From assembly GCF_964355755.1 (NCBI RefSeq), contig NC_092672.1, positions 30,386,437-30,450,436 on the forward strand: a stretch of 64,000 bases of DNA, written 5' to 3'. The translations under genes and the position numbers were made by a program. This stretch comes from Antedon mediterranea (taxonomy: Eukaryota; Animalia; Echinodermata). The stretch's first letter is position 1. Every line of letters starts with the position of its first letter. A model generated the notes under the pieces. It did no database searches. It saw nothing but the letters and a program-made list of their open reading frames with translations, and was not told the origin of the DNA. Shown piece after piece: positions 33,701-44,355 of the stretch.

Positions 33701-35746
33701 TACATTACATTTCGCTTTAAGTTTGAGCAATCTAGTTTAGTGGGCGAGAAGTCTACAGTATGTTAAAAGTTTTGTCTTAAACCTCTAGTCTAGCTTGCCT
33801 TCATCATGTGAAACTTCAAGGTATAGTAACATTAACAGTGCTATGACGAAGTCAATTTATGTTTTAGTTTACTTTAGTTGATCTACCGTTGATCGAAAAA
33901 AAAGATATACACTGTTACTTTTTTATAAAGAAAGATTTGATAAAGGCAGTTGAGTGTAAATACCTGGAGAACCAGATGCCCAAGTGGCATCGCACAAAAA
34001 CCACTTATTTGATATCTTGACGCGATTCCACGCATGTCTATGTTTTTCTCCATTCACGAAGTCATCGCCAATTCTGTATGAACCTCCTTTTGCTATGCCT
34101 GAAATTTTCTCACAAGGTAGATCACACAATCTAAAATTAGAAATAGATTTATGTTGTTTAAAACGGATCAAGAATATTACATTTTCTCAATCCGATATTA
34201 GACGTGATGATGATGATTTTTTTGAGCCACTGTTTTTATTCTTTTTTCAAGAAATGAAATGAACTAAATAGTTCTTGGTTTATATATGTAGGCTTACTAT
34301 GTACTGCTTATGTAGGTTTATAGAAAATTAGTATTAAAGATACTATTGTTTATATTTTTAGATTATTTTGAAGGATACCAATTTCTTTATTTTTTGTTTT
34401 TCATGTTTTTAACACAACCAAAAGAAATGTTCAAATAGTTTTTTCTGAATGTTTTTCTTACCGACACATTTCGAAGACTAGATTTGAAAATCCCGCGCAG
34501 ACACCAGTGCCTTCGTTTAGCACGTCCTGGGGATCCGATGAGCCGCGTTGACCGGTTGCCAGGAAGTTAACGTCATACTTTATATTGGTAGCTACCCATC
34601 GTATTATAACGCGCGCCTTATCATAGTCGCCTGATGTTGGCTTCATCAAATAGTCCACTAAACCTTTAATGTTACGTTTCATTGAGTTTGGAGCCTGAAA
34701 AAAGCACGTAACATCACATTCAGTGCACATAAAGAAGCCAAACGAATTCATTATAAACGAAGAAGAATTTTAGTTAAAGAATTGTAGGCATATAGGCGAC
34801 AAAATCATCACCCTAAAGCAGTAAAGTCATTGTAAACGGGGTAAAGAATGGATTTTGATCTTATTTAAACAATTGTATACCCTAACGAACTAATTTGTAT
34901 GTTAATGTTTGGAAAATTACAGTAGACCTAAAATATAAAAAAATCCTTAAGTTTAATGTTTAGAGACTGATTTATTAAACTATCGAGTAAAATACAAGTT
35001 GAATCACATAAGTTACTGCTAGATCAGGCTGAGCATGAGGAGATGACTTAATAAAAACATCACCGATAATCAAGAGGGTGTGATTTTTATTCTTGTTTTT
35101 GCAAAAACAGTAAATAAAAAAGGAAAAAAGAAAAAGCAGCAAAGGCACAAAAGGGAACTAAATCAAGTCAAGTCAAGTCAAGTTAAATTAGAAAAAAAGG
35201 ATCAAAAGTTAATACTTCACGAATTTAGCGATTAGTGTTTTGATATCAACACGTAGGCCTATAGGACTTCTATGAATGTGAACTACCTACCTTTTCCACA
35301 TGTTGATCAAGACGATTCGTGGTATCAAAGCCAGGATAGATGGCTTTATGTTCGGGTGTAAAGAAATGATGTAGATCATACTTGCAGGTCACATTTGAAG
35401 GGTTAGGTCTTGGAAAGGCTTGGCAGGCTTCACTATAAAGTGTTAGCTGACCACTATTTCTCGAGTTTTCTTCATCTTCGTCGTTACCAATGTTATGCTT
35501 ATCTCGAATATGAAGCGATGACTTCACTACACTCTTCGATATGGGTCGTATATTATTTCTTCCGTCATCTGTGTCATCAACATCTTCAATTTTAGAACCA
35601 CTATCAGAAGTAAGCCTAGATTCAATTACATCCTTTTCTATTTTACCCGTTATCTTGTTTTCTATAATAGGCCTATCCGGAATATGAGGCGATATTGATT
35701 TCACTACACTCGGCGTAGTCCTATTTTTAGAAGACCCACACCCCAT
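30753..35746 (-). CDS. KY/Hillarin/LTD-1-like transglutaminase-fold protein, 936 aa, 5 coding exons
   Basis: Exons 35746-35291, 34694-34462, 34130-33964, 33658-33471 and 32519-30753 have GT-AG boundaries and consistent phases 0,2,1,0. Catalytic triad motifs GVCAGFSNL, HAWN, CDATWASG; YFLTPPE; repeated C-terminal beta-sandwich units (..WGP..G.Y.L). Confidence 0.9.
33285..33389 (-). pseudogene. 5S rRNA-derived sequence (pseudogene or SINE3 head) in KY-like intron
   Basis: Minus strand TACGGCTTTACCACGTTGAAACACCGGTTCTCGTCCGATCACCGATGTTAGGCAACG..GGATGGGAGACCATCTGGGAATATCGGGTGCTGTA matches metazoan 5S but lacks the internal TAGTACT segment. Confidence 0.88.
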
Positions 35747-36091
35747 AATGTGATAGTTTTGCAATCTGCTATTCTGAAAAGAATAATAATAATAATAATT
35801 ATTATTATTATTATTATTAGAAGTTATTTCATTAGTTTACAACATAGAATTACTAACTCTGGTAAACCGAAGGCATTGCCGCAGAAACTACCTTATTATT
35901 TTTAAGGCAGAAGTTCGCAGCGAATTCAATAAATAAATAGGAGAAATGATTCTGTTATTTCATTATAATACACTTATCGAAGATCGCAAAAGTTCATAAA
36001 AACTAACTCCAAAAGCAGTGTAATAAGATTGTGTTTATGTAGTGCATCTTGTGTATATGTTTGTCTTGTGGACAGGATTGCCACCCTTTAA

Positions 36092-36408
36092 AGATGTATT
36101 GTCCCAAAAAACATGAAAAATGAAGATTGATTAAATCAGACTTTATGTTATTTTGTAGTTTTAATAAAGTGAATCACTTCCGTTGAAAAAAAACCGGAAA
36201 AAATATGTTTTCACTTATAAAATAACATGATAAATGGTTAGATTCAACCAAAAATCCATTGGATGGCAGCAAATTTGACCATTTTTTGCTTTACATTTTT
36301 TTTTCGATCCAATTTTTGGTCAAAGTCAATAACTATTATGTGACTTTAAAATGGAATATTCAACAACAAAAAATGTAAAAATGTATTTTTCAGGGGGGCA
36401 ATACATCT
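36092..36408. mobile_element. Kolobok-like MITE with TTAA TSD
   Basis: TTAA|AGATGTATTGTCCC ... GGGCAATACATCT|TTAA. A related copy lies in the opposite orientation at about 51356-51635. Confidence 0.75.
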
Positions 36409-36715
36409 TTAAGGATAGTGAATGGATTCGATTATGGCGGTTATGCTTTGCAATTTACCTAAATATTAAAAACAAAGCAAAACAAAACTACTCTGTATAA
36501 TATATCTTTCACAAGGGGCTCATATACTTCGTTTGAAGTTTTACATAGGCCTACAATGAAATCAGTTTAACTATCTGGTTTAACTAGTAAAGTGTGTCAA
36601 TCGACAATCGTACTGTAGCACTTGAATATCTGGTGTACAAACACCAAATCAAAATAAGTTTAAGACTATTGCCTATAACTATGTAATACAATGATTTGCT
36701 CAAAATGATACTTAC

Positions 36716-37000
36716 TTAGAAAAGATGAAAGTGTCAGTATTCTTGAGGCCTGAGATCTTACGGTGGTGGTGTGGATAAGTTGAGTGATGATGGTTGTTAA
36801 TACGTATTTTAATTCACAATCGATTAGAGTTTTCATTCATGTTAATTGTATAGACTAACCTCATTTGCTCTTTATGTTTGCAATGGGCCTATAATAAATA
36901 ATTTAATAATGTTTGGACTTTACACTGGATAGACAATGTACATATTATTGTAACCGTAGAGATCTCTATACAAACATGTTTGAAGTTGTTTGCTGCATTG
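36716..37000 (-). promoter_or_regulatory. Putative 5' non-coding exon/promoter of the KY-like gene, homologous to TRIM paralogue 6 upstream region
   Basis: GTAAGTAT donor at 36715 and TTTTCAG acceptor at 35774. 36777-37000 aligns with 42350-42550. Confidence 0.6.
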
Positions 37001-39558
37001 TAGAATTATGACTTCAAGTAGGTCTAGAGCAGACAATTTGATACTTATATGTATGCTTTGTATACTGCAAGTACTTTTTGAAGTTTGAATTTGCCTCTTC
37101 GTGATTTGAATATATCGATATAGTTAGCGGTTTAATTATTAGCAATAATTTTAGATGTACAATGACCCCATGCCACCTAACCCTAACCCCCTTTTCTCTC
37201 GTGAGGGTATATGTTCCCAACTTATCATCACTGTTTAATCGTTAACCAGTCTTTTTTTTTCTTTTTAATACATCGTTTAGCAATCACTTTAGACGTACTG
37301 TACATTGATCCCGTGTTTGCTAATTTAAACATGATGCTAGACTTTCCCTATAAAGTCTGTAGATATTTTCTTTTTTATGATAGTCCACCAGTCAGCGTTT
37401 CGATTGGTTGTCTGGAAACTACTGTATTTTCGAAATCAAATAATATACGTATGAAACGCCATACATGCCAAACTATTTATCTTTTTAACATATTTAGAAC
37501 TTAGACAAACACGATGCTTTCATTAAGGTAAATGTTTCATTTTCACCTCTAAATTGAATCGGCTCACCATAATGTGTACACTTGTAGTAGTTGCATGTTT
37601 AGAGTAATTGGGTTTTTTTTCAATGTTTCGTAGAACTTTTATTTCGTTCGAAACATTTAGTAGCATATATAATTACACATTTTTAAAACATAAAACCTTA
37701 CTATATACAATACGGTACCTAACAGTTCTTACACTAAATTTGTAAAAAATGACTTTAAAACTTATAGCTTTTAAGAAATATAATTTAATAATAATTTTTC
37801 TTTCACATTATCCCATTTCTGGTTTTTTTTTGCAACCATTATGATTTTCTTTTAAATGTGTAAGTTAAACACGGGTCAAGACTCAAAACTGGTTAGTACT
37901 GTTTGAATGCTATTTTTCTGTCTTCAGTCAACGTCAGTCCACAATTCATATGATTTTAAACAATGGTTTGTTTTGCTTACAATATTGCAGCATTTTAAGT
38001 ACAGAGTTTAATAATTAGAAAAATATTCAAGTTGGAAATGAATTGTTGATAGTATCGGGTGACAAAGCAGTCACGGGGTTCATGTACGAGGCCTTGAGGT
38101 TCGCGTACGTGGCCGTAGGATCAAGAATAGTCGCGGACATTAATTTTTTTAAATAACAATTAAAACCTGCTTCGGGAGAACACTTGGGAGAGACCTTACT
38201 GAGTCATTTAACAATAACGAACACATCAATTATCTCAATATTCGGTCAAATATTCAGAATGCCAAAGAGAATTGTTTTATTTTTTTCCTGCGCGTTTACA
38301 AGAACCTAATCTCCATATTTAGCATTGGTACCGGTGGTCTCTTATTGTACGGAAGAAATCCGATAACAGAGGTAGTGGTTGTTCTATTCATGTCGAGGAG
38401 TTTTAAATCTCATTCCTCAATTATTCATCAACATTTTTGTATTTATTTATATCAATTGGTTCAAACATTCAATATATATCGACTTTGGTGTAAACAAATT
38501 ACTGTAACTGGAAATTAGAAAAGTTAGTTTTACGTCCACTTCTTTTATATAATATTGTTGGAGCCAACATAATATTATTTTTAGCTATTTTTTCATAAAT
38601 AAAATATACCTTGTTTATTCCAGTAAACGGCCCGCGTTAAATAAACGCCTTCCTCGAATAAACTCTCCATTAAACAGCATTTTGAATAAACTACTCGGGC
38701 CTTTATTTATTTCCTAGAATAAACACACATGCATATTATATACATTTCTATTTTAGTAGAATTCATTGATTGACAAAATAATACTGTATACTGTTTACAA
38801 ATCATTTCGATACAATTTTTACTCTATATTATCACTTTTCGATATTAAATGTGTTATGTTGGCTCTACACATGTGATTCAAATAAGCGTAAAATATAAAT
38901 TATGAATGTTAAAACAAAAAAGACGAACATTTGTGAGAGATATTTTTATTCGTGTACAAATTTTATCGGACTACCTTCCAACACAAACACACAATATCTA
39001 AAACTGAAGCAATTTAGAACAAATAATAAGTTTTACTTAAAATTAAATCACAACCAAAATTATTTTATTGTACCACAAATTAACCTTAAAAATTAAGTTC
39101 ATTTACATTACTTATTTTTATAATTAATTATAGACCCCCTATTTCTAATAAAAATAAAGTAAAACTACAATGCAATGATGATAAAAGACTGAAAGTTACA
39201 TAGGGAAATTAAGAATTACACAGTAATTATGAATTACACATTTATTGCAGAATGCATAGGCCTGCTTATTTATACAAAATAGATACTAATGCAGTTAATA
39301 TTATACAGCATTATTCGCCATCACTACATAAACCTGATAATTGAAAAAAAACAACAGTTTCACAGCATTCAAATAAAATGTTGCATTATTAAATAGCGAT
39401 TACGACTTTTTTATTATAATTATATTTGTTTTCACAAGTTGTTATTTTTAATTAATAATTAATAATGTTCACTATGGTTTGAATATGATTTTAGTGTTTT
39501 ATTTAACCATAAAAGTGTATGTCGTAAGCTTAATGAAGCTAAGCTTATTAATGATTAT

Positions 39559-41730
39559 TTAATAATTGAATATTTTCACTGTTTCGTCTCCATTATTTGC
39601 CACTGCTACTCTACGTGGATTGTGAGATATGATGCATAATCCTTGAGGATAGTTGATTCCATCGTCTGCTTTATCAATCCTTTTAATGAACTTTCCACTA
39701 TTACTAAATAGCTGTAGTTTATGCCTACTTGATATTATGATGTTGTCATTATCATCAACTACTACTCCTTCTGGGTACTTCACCTTACCATCTCCACGAC
39801 CCTTATTCACAAGAACTTTAATAAACGTTCCTTCATTGTCAAATAGTTTTAAGCAGCTTTGGTTAAAGTAAAGTACAAAAATGTTTCCTTGTCTTGTAAG
39901 GGTGACATCACTGATGATAGCAATTGAAAACTCGGGAGGCCTATTACATAGTGCTATTTTCTTAATCAGTTTTTCACTTTCAATATTAAACATGGCTACA
40001 TTATCGTGATTAGCTACATACATGCCACGTGATGCTTCATCTACATGAATACCACGTGCATTTGTCAACTCTCCCTTACCAAATGATTTAACCACCTCAC
40101 CATTCAAAGTGCATACTGTGATGCATTTGTTACCACGATCATTGAATGCTATATTACCATTGTTCATTAGGAACATGCTGTAGACACGCACACCTTCTGA
40201 TAGTGTAACCTTACCAATGTATTTACCTGATTCTTTGTATTTGTAAATGCCGTTGTCGAAACATGAAACAAGCAAGCAATCGTCTCCATATTTAACTACA
40301 TCATAAACATATTTATCTATTTTCATAGTGTTTAATAATCCTTCTTTCTCTACTTTAATAGTCATTGGTGACTTCTTAATGTGTTCACCGTCAACTCTAA
40401 CATCAACCTTGCAAATCCCTGCATCTGTAAGCCTACATCTACCTATCAGAGTAAAGTCACCATTGTCATCTTCTTTTACTTCAGGGATAATAGTTTTTCC
40501 TGTTGGTTGTGTCAATGTAGCTTTTAAGTCATTTGCATGTATTTTACGTTCATCAGTTTTTATTATTTTAACATCAATTGTTGGCAATGTCATACTCTCA
40601 GCTCCTCTTAATTCTAAATAGTCTGCTGCCCTCTGTGTTTTAACCATTCCAATATCCTTCTTCAATGAAGCGATTTGTTGATTGTTTTTCACAAAGTTAA
40701 TCTCAGCATTAACATCAGGTTTTGTTTTAGGTATTGCCTTGATCCTATCGTCCAGTGCTGTGATGACGTCATTACCGGATAATATTGCCGTTGCTTCATT
40801 GCCCTTCCCTAGGTGTTGAAGCAAATTGGTGTTTGTATTTATATACGATATCGTCGTTGTAACATCCTCTATATCGGCATCAGTCGCCTTTCTCTTGATT
40901 TTGTACATAGTCTCCACCTCACTTTTTAACTTGTCTTCACTTTCTTTTATTCTTCTGACCAAATCCTTGACGTGATTTTCAATTCCTCTCAAACTATTTT
41001 CTCTGTTTTCATCTAGTTTCTTAACACGATCAGTCATTACTTTAAGATCATCATTTAATTTAGTTGTACATATTTTTGCCTCTCTCTCTAATCCTGTTGA
41101 TGTTTGTTTAAACGTTTTAAACGCATCTTTTATGCTGATGGTCACGTGTTTGTCTTTTCCCTCCCATTCCTTGTGATCCATGATTGAACAGTGTATACAA
41201 ATGGCAAGTTTACATATTTTACAAAACACAGTTAAAGGTTCATTGTGGACAGAACACAGAGGCGGATGCATGGCATTGATTTCATTTACACTCATAGATC
41301 GAACATCTTCCACTGAATGCAACTTGTGATTTTTGCAAGCTCGAATGTTCTTATGATGGTCACTACATTCTTTGCACAAATATTGTCTGCAATCCTGACA
41401 GTAGGTTTTACCTTGACCTTCCTTTCCACAAATACAATTTATCTGATCTGTATTTGAAAAATGTTCAATTGTTTCTAACAAATTATTCAGAAACGTATTG
41501 GGTGGTAATTTCTTTAGACCTCCCTCTGGAATCTGATAAGATTTGGAGCAAATTGGACAGCTTACTTTGTTAGTTTTCTTCAACCAGTTGTCAAGACAAC
41601 TCAGACAGAAGCTGTGAAGACATGTTAAGGTTCTGGGTTCGGTGAGTCGATTAAAGCATATTTGGCACTCTAGAACCTTCTCATCAACATCTTCCAGAAA
41701 TTTGGCCAAATCACCGCCGCCGCTAGCCAT
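39559..41730 (-). CDS. TRIM-NHL E3 ligase paralogue 6, intact 723 aa
   Basis: Same complete domain architecture in a single coding exon. 5' UTR intron 41743-42265 (GTAAGT..CAG). Confidence 0.95.
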   Translation of the reverse strand: MASGGGDLAKFLEDVDEKVLECQICFNRLTEPRTLTCLHSFCLSCLDNWLKKTNKVSCPICSKSYQIPEGGLKKLPPNTFLNNLLETIEHFSNTDQINCICGKEGQGKTYCQDCRQYLCKECSDHHKNIRACKNHKLHSVEDVRSMSVNEINAMHPPLCSVHNEPLTVFCKICKLAICIHCSIMDHKEWEGKDKHVTISIKDAFKTFKQTSTGLEREAKICTTKLNDDLKVMTDRVKKLDENRENSLRGIENHVKDLVRRIKESEDKLKSEVETMYKIKRKATDADIEDVTTTISYINTNTNLLQHLGKGNEATAILSGNDVITALDDRIKAIPKTKPDVNAEINFVKNNQQIASLKKDIGMVKTQRAADYLELRGAESMTLPTIDVKIIKTDERKIHANDLKATLTQPTGKTIIPEVKEDDNGDFTLIGRCRLTDAGICKVDVRVDGEHIKKSPMTIKVEKEGLLNTMKIDKYVYDVVKYGDDCLLVSCFDNGIYKYKESGKYIGKVTLSEGVRVYSMFLMNNGNIAFNDRGNKCITVCTLNGEVVKSFGKGELTNARGIHVDEASRGMYVANHDNVAMFNIESEKLIKKIALCNRPPEFSIAIISDVTLTRQGNIFVLYFNQSCLKLFDNEGTFIKVLVNKGRGDGKVKYPEGVVVDDNDNIIISSRHKLQLFSNSGKFIKRIDKADDGINYPQGLCIISHNPRRVAVANNGDETVKIFNY

Positions 41731-44355
41731 CTTGAAAATGATCTGTGAACAATAATTAATAAATTACCTTAACAGTATACTGTATATATATTTTTTTTAA
41801 TGTGCATGTATAGGAACGATATTTTGTTATTTGTACATGTTCTAATTTCTTTACCTTTTTAGATAATCGAACCGCCAAAAGAGAGCCAATATATACGACG
41901 ATTAACGTACACAGTGTCTACTCAAGACGGTTGCGTAACACATTTTTTTTGGTTGAATATTCATTAAAACAATGCCAATGTGGCCAACACGGCGTGCCAT
42001 ACATGTGTTTGAGCTGAAATCACATCTAGTTACGAACGTAGCTTTGTGATAAAGTATGATAAAAAATACAACCTTCCATAAAGCTACAATTTATATTGGA
42101 ATATATGCAAATGGTGTATCCATATTCGTAGATCGTAAATCATTTAAAATATCGACAGCTCGCTATGTTATATATCTTGATTCCTGGAGTATAGTAAGGG
42201 AAAAGCTATAAGAACTCTTTGTAATACAATGACTAATACATTATTTAACTTTAAGTAGTACTTACCTTTGAATAGTGTTTGATATTTGTTAGATATTAGT
42301 GAGAGAGACGTTTCGATGACAGACAGGTTACTGGCTTACACTGTCGACCAAGTTGAGTGGTGTGAATGATTTCAATAAATCTAAATCTATCGTAGAGTTT
42401 GTATTCATGTAACTCGTGTAGATTATAGAGATTCGTTCTTTCTGTACAATCTAACAAGATAACATCTGTACTTTACTCTGGATACCAGACAATGTACACA
42501 TGATTGTTACCATAGGGATATATACGCACAGGTTTGAAGTGTTTACATTGATACGCTGCCACAATTAACACACTTTTCCCAAAGACAAAACAGTATCATA
42601 TTTTTGTTGAGATATTTATTAGATGCAGACTTTCATAATCAATGTGTGTACTTTAAATGCTGATTGTTGAAACCACAATCCTTATGTAAGCTTGCGTCCC
42701 TCTAACATGGCCTAGCAAAACTCCGTTATTAACATAAACAAATCGCCGGTGTTGGTGACCTGGTGTGTGTAAATTCTGCTAGGCGATATGAAAGGGGTAT
42801 TCGTCACACCAAGATGGCAATTGATTGTAGACGTGATTGTAGACGTAATTCTAGACGTCCAATTTGTAAATGTATTACATGTTTTTTGTTTGGTTAAATT
42901 GATTTTGTGTATGTGGGTGTCATATAAATAGATCACCCCTCCCCATTATACGAATTACATGTTAGGAGTAATGGTGCAGCTTTCTAATGCATACTCTGTA
43001 TCAACCTAAGGAGCACTGGTCTCATATCGACGCGTAGACACGTAGGCGTAATCTGGCAAATAGTGTACATTTCAATTTTCAATATTTTCAATTATTTTCT
43101 TATTGATAATCATGAGAGACTCTTCTCAATACAATACCAGGTACGTTTATTATAATGCGAAAGCTTACATACAAACATGTACTAAAATATTCCAAATATT
43201 CATAAAAGCATAATTTATACATATATTTTGGTTATAATGTAATAATGCTATTGAACCTTGTATCGAACGTCTGTTGAATCAAGTCTAGCGCAACTTTCGG
43301 TGAGTTACAGAGGGCGCTGTACACATTTGTAAAAGTGAATACAATAAAGTAGATAAGTTACTTTATATAATGCAATGTAAAATGTGATGTTTATAAACAC
43401 ATTTCACATTACATTAGTTTAGCTACTGTCATGGTAAACGTAACTACCCAATGCATACCAAAATTAGGTTAATACATTTTTAACTTAATGTCACACCCCA
43501 TTAAAAAGCTAACTTTGTTTATTTCATTTTGGTAATAGAGTTTAAAGTTAATTGTGTTCCATGAGAATAGCCCTAGGATTAATATCGTACAACAACACAA
43601 ATTAAGTTTAATATTTCTTATAATGTGTAATAATGTTTGAAATAATCTTGTTGACAAACCTTAGGAGGTCAATCGATTTTCATTGAGTATTTACATTTTT
43701 AACATTTAAATCATTTATGTTATGACATAATTTGGTCATACTAATAACTGTTTATAAAACAGTTACCTACTAATGTACACTGATCTCTTTGGTGATTTTG
43801 TTTTTCTCTCATCTCTACCTACTCTATTTCCTGCTAATATTCATAATAATTAAATATAATAAAAATAATCCATTAAGCACCTGTACCGTGGTTATAGTAT
43901 TGTAAAATGGTTGTTTGTTAACAGTTCAAACCTCTTTTATTTGGGTACTATTTTAGTAATTTCGATCTAGTTACAATTATACAAAAAAAGCATATTTCGG
44001 CGAAAACTTGACTTCTTCGTTTGCTTCATGTTAACGGTATACAATATTCAAATTGAATTGTATAGACCATATCATTTTGGCATTTCTTCAGTTGACGTCA
44101 TAAGTTGTACTATAACAACAACCATTATAATTATCCCAGATTTCTTCGATCATGATATTTTACAACCTTTAACCCTTTATACGGGTACTTTTGATTTTGG
44201 GAAACGTGTATTAGGTCTCCTGTTTGGTTGCCCGTGCATTTAATGTATTTTATGACTTTTCTCTTCATTTTTGTTTATTCTTCAATTGTTTTGTATTGAA
44301 CTATACTTTATAACCACGTTATACAAAATTTAAATTCTTCCCACAATCCTTTATA

